The notes beneath the pieces were generated by a model. The model was not told the DNA's origin and ran no database searches. It saw only the letters and a list, made by a program, of their open reading frames with translations. Both the position numbers and the translations under genes were made by a program. Shown here piece by piece: positions 25,711 to 39,926 of a stretch of 64,000 bases of DNA (positions are counted from its first letter, which is position 1; each line of letters opens with the position of its first letter). The stretch is from Hemiscyllium ocellatum. Taxonomy: Eukaryota. The stretch spans positions 62,001 through 126,000 of the forward strand of contig NW_026867508.1 in assembly GCF_020745735.1 (NCBI RefSeq). Reading direction: 5' to 3'.

Positions 25711-26412
25711 CAGATGTTTCTGCAAAAACGCAGAATCTGAGCTGAAGGAAGCCATTTGGCTCTTCAAGCATGGCCCTTATTGCTGATCTGCCTCACATCC
25801 AATTTTCTGCATTATTCACGAATCCGCTTCTTTACAGTACTCCCTGTGAGTGTGAAGTAAACTGATGAACAGAGTAAGTATTCGCCTGTTGCACAAAATG
25901 TTCAATTAATTTCAAACACTCTAACAGGTTTAACTTCTGATTAGTTTTGATGAGGGGTAATACTGAATGATGTTATGTTATCTGTGCTGGGGTCTTCCAT
26001 GAAAATGTCTGACCACTGATTATGAAAAATGCCCGCAGCTGCGAATATTTCATGGAAAATGGGGCATGTTCTGAACTTCAAAATAAGCTTCTGCTCGAAA
26101 TCTAGTCTTTGCAATGTCAAGGTAGATATTTCTAAAAAAAATCAAAATGATGAGAATGAAAATCGCGAAAATAGCGTTGATATAGAGGATCATCCATGAT
26201 AATATGGCAGAACGGACTCAAATAGATAGCTGGCCTACTCCGAGCCTCCATGTTACTGAATGTATTACCAATGCACAAAATAGATCAAACGTCTAATTCA
26301 AGAAAGGGGGTGAGAGTGTTTAGTTTGTTTTAGTAACGCTTGTATCAGTGTGGACCTGATTGCACTAGAATTGCTTGTCAGAGACAAGAACACGATGCAG
26401 TCTCAAATGAAT

Positions 26413-27075
26413 TGTAATGGAAAATTACCAAATTTAACATTAACTGTGAAATCTAAAATTGAAGTATTTTCTGTAACTTTGCAACTTTGCTGAAGGCTGC
26501 AGTCCAGTGGCAGCTTGTTTCTATGGAACTTTGTAAACATTGAAACTGGCCTTGTGACCATTCAATTTCAGATTTGCGCTAAGGAAAACATAAGACCAGT
26601 ATGGCCACAACAAAGGAATGAAAAAACAACAACTTGAATTTTCCCAGTCTTTGCCCTTGAGACCATGATAAGAATGTTATAAGAAGAATTTCTGAATTAT
26701 GCTCAAGTGCCCTTACATGAGGCATTTTTGCCATGTGCATTAGTCCCTCTGCATGCAGAGGTTAAAATTATTCAAGTTCTTTTTTTTTGCTCTTGCTAAT
26801 AGTTGAGTGGAGTCAATTTAATTTCCACGACAGTAAACTTGGGGGGCTCGTCTCGGGACACCGCGACTGGGTGGGATTCTGAAGATTCCCAGGAGGTGCA
26901 GGCGCCAGCACCTTGAAGGTCTCGAGCGCTAAAATGGCCCCTTTGCGTGAGAGGACTGGGAATCTGTGGATCACCCCAGCACCTGAGCTCGAATCGAATA
27001 GGGTCAGGGTAAGAATCATGGCGTAAGTAATCCATCACAGAGATTCATTCAAAGAGAATAAATAAAGCAACAAAA
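26413..27075 (+). mobile_element. Duplicated 5' LTR (26413-26832), PBS and leader of the same ERV, cut off by a CR1 fragment
   Basis: Orthologous position and sequence to 50616-51320; TGGGGGGCTCGTCTCGGGA at ~26840. Confidence 0.82.
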
Positions 27076-27079
27076 GGGT

Positions 27080-27970
27080 TCAGTGAACTCTCGCCCGAAG
27101 TTTGGTGACATGGTATATATGCGGAGAGCTGTTTGTAGTTTGCAACACGACATTGACAAGATGCAGAACTGGGCTGATAATTGGCAGTGAAATTCAGACA
27201 GGAAAGGTGTGAAGTGATCCACTTTGGAAGGTCGAATTTGAATGAAAAACACAAGTTTAAATGCTGGATCCTTGGCAGTGTAGAGGTAAAGGGGGATGTT
27301 GAGGTCCAGGTCCATACATTCTTAAAATTTTCCCAACAGTTTAATAGGGTTTTCGAGAACTAGTATGGTGTCTTTGGCTTTCATTGGCAGGGGATTCTGT
27401 TTAAGAGCCGCGAGGTTATGCTGCAGCTAATACAGCACTAGTGAGACCACTCTTGGAACATTGTGTTCTGTTCTGATCACCTCACTATAGGAATGATGTA
27501 GAAGCTTTCGAGAGGGTGCAGAGGAACTTACCAGAATTCTGTCTGCACTGGAGGATGTGTCTTACGAAGAAACGTTGAAGGAGCTGGGAGTTTTCTTATT
27601 GGAGCAATGAAGCATGAGATCTGACTTGGAATGAGGTGTTCAAGATGATGAGAGGCATAGGTAGAGCGGATGGGCGTTGACCTTTCCCCAGTCGGTTATG
27701 GCTATAACGAGCAGGCATAATTTTAAGATCATTGGTGGAACTTTTAGGGGAGATGTCCGACGTAGGTTCTTTAAACAGAGAGTATTGGGTGCGTGGAATG
27801 CACCGCGAGCAATGGTAGTAGAGTCAGATACGTTAGGGACATTTCAGCAACTCTGGGATCGGCTCATGGAAAATATGTTAGACTGATTTTAGATAAGGAT
27901 TAAAGTCCAGGAAAAACTCGAGGGCCGAACGGCCTGTACTGTGCTGTCCTATTCTATGTTCTATGTTCGA
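27080..27970 (+). mobile_element. CR1 3' fragment
   Basis: KCEVIHFGRSN and HNFKIIGG..FFKQRVLGAWN remnants; CTATGTT tail. Confidence 0.85.
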
Positions 27971-28099
27971 TGTTCCATGTTCAATGGAATGTTTTAGAAT
28001 TCATAACTAACTATATCTGTTATGAAAGGGTAGGCGAGGACCAGCATTTCCGTTTAAGACAAAATTGTCAAGAGCAATGGTTCATTGATGGGCACTGCT

Positions 28100-28420
28100 A
28101 TCTCACAGTGGAGGATCCGGTTCCATTATTGATTCTAGCCTCGGGCGACTGTCTGTGTAGAGTTTTCACATTCTCCTTGTGTCTGCCTGAATTTCTTCCT
28201 GGTGCACTGATTTTCTTCCACAGTTCGAAAGATATGCAGGTTAGGAGAATTGTCTATGCTAAATTGGCAAGAACGTTCAGAGATGCGTAGGTTAGGTGCA
28301 TTATTCAGGGGCAAATATACGGGAGGGGGAATGGATCTCGATTAGTTGTTCTTCAGACTTGTGAACTTATTGCGCTGAAAAGGCCTGTTTCCACGCTGTA
28401 GGGATTTGATGATTCTATGA
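28100..28420 (+). mobile_element. HE1/V-SINE-like element
   Basis: GGCGACTGTCTGTGTAGAGTTTTCACATTCTCC..TTCCACAGTTCGAAAGATATGCAGGTTAGG core. Confidence 0.7.
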
Positions 28421-29023
28421 AACAAAAAGAAAGAATATAGTTCCATTAGCCTGTAACAAAAGAAATTTGCTATTCATACCTGATTAGGCCAGGAGAGCTA
28501 CAAAGTCTCAGCAAATTCATTAACTCTGAACAGTGAAGTGGATTTCCTAACCGAGTCAAATGGTGTCAAGAGCAAGAAATGGGCAAAAAATACAATTTCT
28601 CGTCAGATTCAGCATTATCAACATCCTGGGATTAGAATGAACTGAAAACAGAACTGTATTAGTTCCATAAGGACGGTTCCACCACGAGCAGGGCAGAGAC
28701 TGTGTTTCCTGCAGTGAATGAATCGAAATGACAAGAACAGATTGAGCCACTTCGCCCACCGAGTCTACTCCACTATGCAATGAGATTAAGGCTGATCTCA
28801 TAATCCATAACTCAACTTTTCTGCCTTTCCCCATAACCCTAGTATTCCCTTGCCGACTGAATATATTTACCTGCTCAACTTTTAGAGCTCACTGCAATAA
28901 AGTCACCACAGATACACGATCCTGAAGAAAGAGAAAAAATCGTTCTTGACAATTTTGCCTTAAAAGAAAACGCTTACTCTGTGATTACACGATCTGTACC
29001 TTGACTTATTTGAGGATAATTCA

Positions 29024-29540
29024 CAGAACATAGAACATAGAAAAATACAGCGCAGTACAGGCCCTTCGGCCCTCGATGTTGCGCCGACCGAAGCCTACCT
29101 AACCTACACTAGCCCAATAACCTCCATATGCTTATCCAATGCCCGTTTGAATGACCATAAAGAGGGAGAGTCCACTACTGATACTGGCAGGGCATTCCAT
29201 GAAATCACAACCCGCTGAGTAAAGAATCTACAGCTAACATCTGTCCTGTACCAACCTCCCCTTAATTTAAACCTGTGTCCCCTAGCAACAGCTCACTCCA
29301 TTAGAGGAAAAAGTTTCTCACTGTCAACCCTATCTAGACCCCTAATCATCTTGTGCACCTCTATCAAATCTCCCCTAAACCTTCTTTTCTCCAATGAGAA
29401 CAGCCCCAAGTGCCTCAGCCTTTCCTCATACGATCTTCCTACCATGCCAGGCAACATCCTGGTAAACCTACTCTGCACCCGTTCCAGTGCCTCCACATCC
29501 TTCCTATAGTATGGCGACCAAAAGTGCACACAATACTCCA
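29024..29540 (-). mobile_element. CR1 3' fragment, same young subfamily as the 5.3-kb element
   Basis: LEYCVHFWSPYYRKDVEALERVQ; near-identical 3' UTR and tail. Confidence 0.92.
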
Positions 29541-30111
29541 GAAGAGAACAGACCATTTTCAGCTGGATATGAATTCCCCAAAGCCTCGGTGGGTGAAGAA
29601 TTGGGTTCTTGTCCCATACACAGAGCAGTGATACGACCAAATTGGTTTGTGTCAGTTTTGAATCAAATATTTTGACTTTAAATTGTGGTGTGTTAATGTG
29701 TAGGAAAACTGAGTGCATTTCTTAATACACATGAAGTATCTGAATTGTCGCTCACGAACCTTACAGTGTGCAGTAAGGTTCTTATTTCGAAATTTTAACC
29801 ATTTCCCCGAGAGGTTTGTCGGCAGCCTCCACACGATTCCAGTGAATTATCTGATAGTTGGTCATTTCCTCGAGAACAACTTCAACAAGAGTTTCCACGT
29901 GGGATCAAATTGGGAAATCTCATGGTTAACAAAAACGTTCTGAAGTTTATACTTTGGAAATCAATGTCCAGCCCCCTCGAGACGGGAACGGGCTAGACAT
30001 CTCTCAGTCTGATTCACAAACAGAAAATGCTTAGAAAGCTCATTGGGTCAAAGTAAATCTGCGTAGTGTGAAATAATGCTAATTGTGTTATTTTTTGTTT
30101 AATTCGGTTTC

Positions 30112-30345
30112 AACGGTGCTCCATTACCTGTCAATATGTTTTGGATTCAGTTTGTGCTGTATAGTGCTATAAAACTGCAGGATTCTTTTTTGATCGTGAG
30201 CCCTGATGTATTTCTCTCTTCGAGGGAAAATTGTTATTTTCCATCTTTGCTTTTACAGGGACTAACATCGAGGATCAATCTTAATTCATGTTTTCTGTAG
30301 CACAAGCAACTTTAATTCAGAGCTATATTACCACATATATGGGAG
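30112..30345 (+). pseudogene. Highly decayed V relic (tentative)
   Basis: ITCQY, AV*CYK (Trp position 12 aa after Cys), REP*CI, FTG, FMFSV, NSELYYH (DSALYYC-like) at V-domain spacing; no RSS. Confidence 0.35.
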
Positions 30346-31460
30346 AGGCCAGAGATCAATACTAAACTGGTTTTCAAGTGAGACTGGCAAAGAAATAGCT
30401 CAGATCGTAAGGTCTTTGACACCCTGAGTTGCCCAAAGAAATGTAAGGTTTTTATAGTTTTTGCATTATTTTGATTACATGCAAAGTCGATGTCATTGTT
30501 AACCACATCCAGAAACCTCCACCATCTGTCCATGGGATCCTACAAATCTTCTGAACGTTTTCTTCCTCTTTAGACATTTGCCAGCTGTATCACAATATTT
30601 ACGAATAACATAAATTTTCAGTAAGAACTCTTACAATTCCTGCAAAAGTTTTACAATAGCAGGTTAGGAAGGATGTTATTCTTATTAGTAATTATAACTT
30701 CTGTAAAATCAACTCTAATATGAAGTTACTGTGACACGACTGACAAATTGAGAACAGCCTTTGTCTGACTCCAGCCTCAGACTTGCAATTGTGATTTACG
30801 ATCCAATTAGTTTCGATACTGAATGCGAGTTTTAAACTAAATGGTGATCTTAAATTATCTTTTCTTAATAAAAATATATATTCAAATTCCACTAATAAGA
30901 GTGAAATTCTACCACTTATAACATTATCAAGATATTAAATGAAACGTGCTGAGATTTCACAAATAACTCGTGGACAGCCATTTCTTCACACTGTAGTTTG
31001 TAATCTGTCTTTTCAGTTTCCCTTGATCTTTGGATGAAATAACTTGCTCGAATTAGCTCCATCTACACTTAAGTTTAATTAGTTTATCTTCTCTCTTTTT
31101 ATGAATCTATTCTGCCCCCTCCTGGGCGAATGGTCTTTTTGTTGCTTTGTGTTTACGCTGTCAATGACGTTATCTTTTTCCATAATGCCTCTTTATTGCG
31201 TCTGAACATTTGCTCAGGGAATGCAACTAAGCTTTCAGAGAGAGTTGTTCTTTGTCTTTGCAATTTTAGGATGAGCTAAACAATTCAGAATATTGTCGTA
31301 TCAAACCTTTCTGTACGTGTTTCACTAAATGACAAACTTGGGACTGCGGCCAAACTAGGACTTCCAAGACTTCGTGTATTTTTGCATTTAGAAATGTTTT
31401 TAACTAAAATATGATTAACCTCCCTCATGTTTGTTCCTGCGGAGAATGTCATCTTACACT

Positions 31461-32082
31461 TGTGATGATGCTGCTCTTTTCAGAAAGTCATGTTGTGCTT
31501 GTTTTATTTTCAGAACGTTCGTAAACACAGAGAATTTTCGAGTTCGAGGTTTGAAGAGATTTAGGGCCACTTGATTATATCTTATGGATAGTGCCTCAGA
31601 CAAAAGGATTTTAAGTTTTACAAGAAAGAACAATTGAATATAAAGTGGAGTGGCCTTTTCTCCCAGCTCAGCTTTGATCTCGTCTGGTTTGCTTTTAGCA
31701 GGCAGTTGATATGTTGCTGCTGGCCTGAAAGAAACGGGCCCAGGCTGATCTTCCCTCTCTTTGGCATCTGTCCTGAAAGAAACTGCATTTGATTTTACCT
31801 TTTGTTCCAAGGAGTGTTTCTGGGGATGGTTCCAAGTAATAGGCAGAGCATCATTAAGTTGTGTTCGCAGAGGTTAAGATATTCTACGCATTTTGTTCTC
31901 TTTTGTTTGTTTTACATTCAGTAATCTTGTATAAAAATATCTCTTATGTTTAAAACTAAGTACTTTGGCCACTTGCATCACTCCTGGAATACCCACTTCA
32001 TACCTGCTTAAATCAACCAGCAAAATTAGGGGCAGGTCTATCTAATTGAAAGATTTGCTGGGGTCTGACCTGGTGCATAAAA
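31461..32082 (+). mobile_element. Solo LTR, second family
   Basis: Starts TGTGATGATGCTGCTC; reverse-homologous to the 23.6 and 48.0 kb copies. Confidence 0.55.
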
Positions 32083-35000
32083 CCCTGTATATCTAAATGA
32101 AGACCACAAGTCCAGCTTTGAACATTTGCTGGTTTGAACTGTTAAAACTTTTGGCCATGTAGTGTCAGCTGAAAAAGACCGAAGCAACTATCTTGTCAAC
32201 TTATTTATGAGCTGCGAAAACCCGCCCTCCATCCTCATGACAGTTGACTTAAACACCAAGCAAACCTATAAAATATGCAGGATATACACACTAGCCTGCT
32301 GCCGTGGGTAATGGGTGAATCCTTCAGTTCTCTCATTTTGTCATGTTATCGTTTATTTATATGGAGTAAAATTGCTTGTACTGGTATTATTAACGCAATC
32401 AATACAAAGAATTTGACAACTACTTGTGCATGAGATATGATCAGGATGCATGGGTGTATTTTGGTATTTAATTCCCCAAACCCAAATCTGACATAGCCAT
32501 TTCGATTGTTATAACTCGCTGTCAACTGTATGAGTTTTAATCTCGTTTGTATGTTCAGACTATTGATGAATGACTTCTTTGGCTCTTTTCCCAAACTTTC
32601 CCCTGTCTATAGTCACACGTGGAATTGATAGCACTTCCATTGCCAAGTACTTTGGCACTTCTAAATGCATGTCAGTTCGCTTGATGGTGAGATTCATCAA
32701 TTCTTGTCACATCGTTTTATATTAGCTCTGCACAGTAATAATAATGCTCTGCCCCGGGATGCAATTTGCAAATTCTGCGCATTTAACTTGCCCTGCTTTG
32801 AACCCTTCTGGGTATAGCTAGTTTATTGGAGTAAACAGCACATTGTTCTAATCAGGGGTTTCTGCAAGGATGACTGGTTGTTCATTGACGTTATAGGTTA
32901 CATACACTTCTCACATGTCACAAAACACAAATTGAAAGATTTTGACTGGTCATGTGTCCAGAGATTGATCAGTGATTATTTCCTTGGTGACAGTTTATTA
33001 AGCTGAAAATGTGTTGCTGGAAAAGCGCAGCAGGTCAAGCAGCATTCAAGGAGCAGGAGATTCGACGTTTCGGACATAAGCCCTTCTTCTCTGAGATTGG
33101 GATATGGTTCGCATAATATCCATGTGTTATTCTTCCAGTACGTCCATGGATCTTGGCTAGTAGGTCAATCTTATTTTGATTGTTCCATCTGGCTCAGGCA
33201 GTGTGGACTGCGCATCTCTGATGGAATATTGTTATGTTTTCCTTCCTCTCTTTCAGGCCATCAACTACAATGAGTCACCGAGTATTGCATTTTAGCCAAC
33301 CCGACGTGGGCTAGGCAATGACATGTTTTAATAATGTATTTCATATAAAGTGTGGCGAAACTACCTTATCCATCATCACGCACACTCTGTCTTACCGTGT
33401 CATTACCCCACACTATTTCCCATTTATTTTTCTCTTTCTGTGTGGCTGTTTCTTGAAGAGTTTGTTTTTAACTTACCTCTCTTGCTTTTCTGAAAATTGT
33501 GACTGCCAGTTTTACAAATGTCTGTTCGGTTTCTGTAAACATCTTAGCTGGCTTATTGGCAAACTTACTACCCCATTGTTGCAGTGTTTCTAACTTTCAT
33601 TGAGCTCTAATCCTAATTCCAGTTATTTTATGAAACAATTTCGCTGCTTCCATCAACTCTTCAACCTGTTCGTCGAGCTGTCCATGAGACGAGGTGATGC
33701 ACCTTCTCCAACCTCAGGTCAACATATTATCATGCCCTATCTCAAACTCAGGCCTCCCATCTCATTCCCTACCATGAAAGCTGCTGGATTTACTGAACTG
33801 AGTTTACAAAACATTGACTATTTGTATATGCTCATCTTCAGTGACATTGCCTTACTTTTCATGATTCAAATATAATCACATAATTATGAGGCTTCATCAT
33901 TTGTCTCATCAGAGTATTGGGTTAGTACCCTAAAATTGCTCATGTAACGCAATCCAGACCTGTGCACACCGGTAAAGTCTGGCTGCATCACTCCTCTATT
34001 TTGTAAATACTATGCTACCGACCTCATACTATCATCACACGCTTGACTTACTGCTGTTTAGTTTCCATTCTCATTATCACAAAAACAAATCTGAAAAAGC
34101 CTTTTGGCAACCTGATAATACTAACTCTAGGTCAAAGGCTTGCTGTCACCTAGCAAAGGTTATCTCCTTTTAAGGTCACACTCTGCTCTTTCCCTTGACA
34201 GTCCAACATTCCCATCCCTACCAGGGTTTATGAGTGATCTGTCGATTCTGATTAATTCTCCACAAAATTCCTAGAATAAATAAACAATCCTAAGTTTTGC
34301 CTTACATCGTTCACAGAGTGCGTATACAATAATTTTTGTATTGCACCCTGCTGGGATTATTTTTGCCCCTGACTAAATTGATGTCCCAACTACCTATATG
34401 TTACTTCCTGTATTCGCAATTGTACTTTTCGTGGAGTAATTTGACGCCTTGCCTGTCTGACGTCACTGGTTACTGTACTGAATTTTTCACCAACTGTGTC
34501 TGTCAGGATGTCATCTGCATACAGAAAGATAAAAAAAGAAATCAGTGTCAGTCAGGTAAACTGGATTCACAATATCAGCCATGCATCGATCAAGTATGGC
34601 CAAACTATTGTGGAATTCCTGACATTACCAGGTCCCTGAATTGCTTTCCTCAAACAGCAAATGCCAGCTTATTGTGGGGTTCCTTTTCCATAGGTACGGA
34701 CCAGAAGTTGCTCACTATATCGAGAACGGAGAATATATTCCATTGCAATGCTAGTCAATTAACTATAGTGGCATAGTTCACTAACATAATACAGTCCTTT
34801 GTGGTATATTTGTTTCAGGAGGTATAAACAATACTGAGGCGATGTGAACAGTCTGGCTCAATGACCAACCAAATACATTATCTAGCATGGGATTCTGTCA
34901 GTCTAACTGCTTCCTGCTTCTCTATACCAATCTGAATTTCTGCTTCGTTAGGCTATGCTGGGATCCTGTTGAAGCAGTGGGAGGTTTGGAGGGCAGAGAA

Positions 35001-35479
35001 GGAGTTGGTGAGAGGGCCCTCGATCTTTATTGGTTTGACAGATAACAACCCATTACTGATCATCTTCTTGATCAAATTCTCATTGAAATCTAGTGCACAG
35101 CATAACAATGAGTCTTCTGTGGCCCTGAGTGTTTTCTCTTTCAAAATTGAAAGGGCTGCAGGTAATATAAATTAGTCACAAAAACACAAGTTTCTGCAAA
35201 AGCTCGGTAGGTCTCGCAGCATCTGTGAAGAGAATTCAGAATTAACATTTCGGGGCAGTAGGTTCTTAAGACAGGCAGTGACTATAATATGACAAAATTT
35301 ACTTTGCAATTGGAGAGGGAAACATGTAACAGTATTTTAGTTGAATCAAGGCATCGGCAGAGGGAGAAGCTGACCATAACTGACTGGGAGAGGAGACTAA
35401 CAGGAAAGAGAGCGGAACAGCAATGGCAGGTTTTGTGGGAATAATTCAAAAATTCGTTTCGAGAAAAACTAAGGGAAAG

Positions 35480-37450
35480 GGAGGACGAAGCAACCGTGAC
35501 TGACAAGGGAAGTGAGGCATACAATCAAAGGAGAAATCATATAAGGGAGCGAAACTCAGTGGGAAACCAGAGGATTGGGACGTCTAAAGTAACCATCAGA
35601 AGACACCGAAAATTGAAAAAAGGAGGGGGAAGATTAAATATGAGTTAGGCTAGCCAGTAATATAGAAGAAATCAAGAATGTTCTTAAATGTATAAAGGAC
35701 AAAAGTGAGGCAAGAGTAGCTAACGTGCTGTTGTAAAATGTAGCCAGAGAAGGAGTAATGGGAAAGAAGAAATGGGGAAGAACCTAAAGAATTACTTTGC
35801 ATTGGTCTTCACGGTGGAAGACAGAAGGAAAATCTCAATAATCCAAGAGTGCCAAGAGGCAGAAGTGTATATGGTAGTCATATCCACGGAAAAGATGCGA
35901 GAAAATCTGGAGATGGATAAATTACCTGGACCTGGTGGACTGAAGAAGGAATTCTGATGGAGAGAGCTGAAAAGGGAATAGAGACGTTAGGAATGATCTT
36001 TCAGGAATCACTAGAAAAAGGGAAGGTTCCAGAGGACTCCAAAATCCCAAATGTAACTTCTGTGTTTAAGAAGGGCGTAAGGCAAGAGATGAGAAATTAC
36101 AGGTTGAGTCGCCTGACACCTTTGGCCACATTTTAGGGTCCATTTTGAAGGATGGCATTTCTGAATATTTAGAAGTGCATGGTAAAATCGGGCAAAAATC
36201 AAAATGGTTTCATCAACGGCAGGCCATGCCTGACAAATCTGTTAAATTCTTTTGAAATTGTAAGGAACAAGTTTAACACCGAGAGAAAATTAATGGTATC
36301 TAATTAGAATTCAAGGAGTCCTCTGAAAAGGTGCCACACAGGAGGCTATTGAATAAGATAAGAGACCATATTCTAAATGTGGTCTGACCGAAGTCTTATA
36401 AAGCATTAGATATACGCACTGCTCTTATGTTTGCATTCTCTAGAAATAAATGTTACAGGCTGGTTAATAGCATGTATAGAAGCGTGGCTGTCTGGCGAAA
36501 AGCAGAGACAGGGGATAAAAGACAAATGGGAGCCAATGACCAGTGATGTTCTCCAAGTGTCAGTTTTGGGCCCACAGCTTTTCACTTTACACATTAATGA
36601 TTTGGGTGAAGAGACTGAAGGCAATCTAGCTAATTTTGCAAATGATACAAAGAGAGTTGCGTGAGCATGCAGTAAGGATTTAGGCAGGTTAGAAAAATGG
36701 GCAAAGAACTGGCAGATGGCACGCACGCAGAGAAGTGTGAGGTCACGCACTTTGGCTGGAAGAATAGAGGCACAGACAATTTTCGAAATGGCGTGGAAAT
36801 TCCGAAAATTGAAATTCAGAGGGTCTTGGGAGACCCATTCCAGGATTCTGTTTAGGGAAACTTGCACGTTGAGTTTGTTGTTAGGAGGGAAAATGCAATG
36901 TTGGCGTTTATTTCTAGATAATACAAACATAAGAGCAGCGCATATACCTAAGGCTTTATAAGACTCCGGTCAGACCACATTTAGAATATTGTGAGCAGTT
37001 ATGGGTTCCCTATTTCAGGAAGGAAGTACTGGCCGTGGAGTGTGCCCTGGAGAATGAACCAGGAATGTAACTTTGAACATATGAGGAACTCTGGGTCTCT
37101 ATTCGAGAAATTTATAAGGACGAGTGGGGATCTAATTCAAACATACAGAATACTGAACGGCCTGGACACTGAGGATGTTGGGAAGTCGATTCCATGAACA
37201 GAAGAGACGTGTACCCGAGGGTGGAGTCTTTATGTAAAGGCAAGAGTCTTCAGGATGGAGATGAGGAGAAACGTCTTCAGTCAGAGTTTGCTGAATCTAT
37301 GGAATTCGTTGCTAGAAAACTCTGTGGAGGCCAGGTTATTGAGTAATTTAAGGGACAGATCTTTAGATTTTTAATTATCAAGAGGATCGAAGGTTCAGGG
37401 AGAAAGTGGAGAATGTGGTTGAGAAACTTGTCAGCCATGGTTGTATAATG
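35480..37450 (+). mobile_element. Rearranged older CR1
   Basis: PGPGG, QNGF, VLGPQLF, FANDTK and RPHLEY remnants; includes an inverted internal piece. Confidence 0.8.
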
Positions 37451-39926
37451 GAGCACACTGGATAAGCCATTTCCTCAACTGCACAGTTCTTCTCTCATCT
37501 GCTGTTTGTTTGCTTCAATGCTGCTCAGCGTAAACTTTAATCACCTTCTGCTTCTGCAAAATTGGACCGTTCGCAACAGAACATTCTCCACTGAAAAAAT
37601 CACAGAAAGAGATAATCAGCCCTTGCACTGGTTTCGAAATTGTATTTTCAACTGCGGAATTAACGATAAAGGGCGGTTAATTGTGGTTAATTGGTCAGAA
37701 TGAACATGTGAGCCAGTGTAAGTAGTGGACAGTAAAATCGAACCCTACACTGAGGCTTGCAGCATCAGCTCCACGGTCATTTCCTGCCCCGTGCCTTCCA
37801 GTCATCATTGTCTTTTACTTTTCCACTCCCTCTCTCCTGCTCTGAACTTCTTCCCAGTCAACCGCAGGTTTCTAATTAGAAACTGCAACTTTTACTCACT
37901 GATTCCTGGTAAATGGACGTCACCCATTAGGGCATGATTTATAGCCCTTCCTTAATTACTGCAGAGCTGAAGAGCTGCTTTCTCCAATCCTAGACCACCT
38001 TGGATGTCGGTATTGCCATGTTAAGAGTAGGAAGGGAGTTTCATGATTTAGATCCAGTAACGCTGAAGGAGCGGAGAGGTAGTTCCAACTCAGAATGGCA
38101 CATGACTTGCAAGGGTGTTTGTGGGTGGCAGTTTTCCAATCTATCCACTGCCATTTTCCATTCAGACAATACCAATGTCTTACTGAACTGAGTCTGGCAG
38201 ATTAGCATTTTTGTATTTTATTTGTAATCAGCATTTCGATTTCTTTTGACGAATTGACACAAAAGAAATAACTCTCAATTTCCTGACTGGGAATTTTATC
38301 CAGAAATAGTCGATGCAAGCTCTGAATCGTAACCCCGGAAAAAGGAGTGATCTTGACAATAACTCAGCATGTTGACTTGTACACCCTCTTCTGCTATAGC
38401 TTATATCCCATATATCAATCTTAAAGATTTTTTATTTTCTTAATAAATGCTAAAACGTATCGAATATTTTCTTGAAGCTTGAGATCAGAAGACATGTAAA
38501 TTGGGGAATTAGATTCTATTAGATACCCTGCAGCGTGTAAACAGCCCATTCAGCCCAACAAGTCCACACCAACGTTCCGAAGATTAACCTATTACATAAA
38601 ACGAATTAAATGATAGAAAAATGCAATCGATACTAGAAATCAAAGGCAAACACAGAAACATCGCCAAAGAAGTAAAAGATCTGCCATCATCTGCAGAGAA
38701 TGAAACAAATTTAATGTTTCGAGGTCAGTTGTACTTTCATTCAAAACAGTTCTGAAGGGAGTCAAATCACACTTGAAACGTTAATGTAGTGGGCCAAATG
38801 TTCCTATTTATAATTATGACTTACATGGAAAAAAAATCAAATCAACGGCAACAGATTTGGAGTTGATGCATGAGTTTCTAAAACTCAGCAAATCAAATTG
38901 ACCACGAGATTTTCATATAGATAGAGGAGCAAAATAGCAATCTGTTAGTTTCAGATGTAGACATGAATTTGAAGTGCCACTTCTGTTGACCTCACACACA
39001 CTCGGTAGAAAAGAAAAGCATCAAATCTAAATTAGTTTGAAACAAAATAACAAAGATGTAAATAACACCTAATTCACGGAAAGAGTTGAAATGAATTTGA
39101 GTGATTATGATGCAATTGGGAAGAGACTGCTGATGCTTGATTTGAATTAATTTATTATTATCATATCTACTAAAGTAATGCAAAAATTTGGTTTTGCATG
39201 CAATGGAGGCAGATCACAACATACGACTCACATAGTGTGATTGAAAAGAACGAGGAATCATTGTTACAGCTGCAAAGGTAAGGCAGAAAAAGCAAGATCT
39301 ACGTTTGATATTGTTAATTGACTAACAGTTCCTGGATTTTTCAAACTAATGCTGATTGCAGAGCACGTAAACAGACATCAATACATCTGAATGAATCATT
39401 GATGAGGCAAATTGAAACGCTTGAACCAACTTTTTGATGTCTTCTTCTTAATAATGTTCCAGATGTTCAAATACATAGTAGCCATAGTTCCAAAACCATT
39501 GAAAAATAAATGGATAAAGGAACATGCATAAATACTAATACATTAATTAATCGGTTAACCAAAAAAAATGAATGAATACATATATATATTTATGTAATAG
39601 GTAGATAAATTAAGAGATAGATAAGTAGATACATGCATACATACATACGTAGATAGATTATAAAGCACTGCCTGACAACACTTGGAGTCCTCAAGTTGTG
39701 TTCAGAGACGCAAACTGTGGATTATTATCACATCTAAAACCTCTACAACTTCAGAAGATTTCAATCGTTCGAATAGTAAACATCAGAGCTCAAAGTTAAT
39801 GAGTACAAGAGCCTGCCCAGGATCCTTTCTTATTCTCGTTTGAGAGATACCATGATGAACTGTGCCTCTTTGATGAAAGAGAAAAGGCATCGGGAAATGT
39901 CTCTATTTTGTTATCCATGAAAGGTT

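Larger units (their letters stand above)
22605..27075. repeat. Segmental duplication, copy 1 (paralogous to ~46975-51320)
   Basis: Colinear V-psi(+), solo LTR, V(-), promoter, ERV LTR and leader; about 92% identity in a sampled 180-nt flank. Confidence 0.93.

Noticed and set aside
26296-26312. PPT-like AAGAAAGGGGG upstream of the ERV LTR, suggesting a tandem provirus
   Set aside because: It is about 100 bp from the inferred LTR start and no viral coding sequence precedes it.
29590-29935. ASVGEELGSC..NWF and FPERFVGS motifs with an ACAAAAACG nonamer
   Set aside because: The W-to-RF distance is about twice too long and no heptamer sits at 12 or 23 nt.
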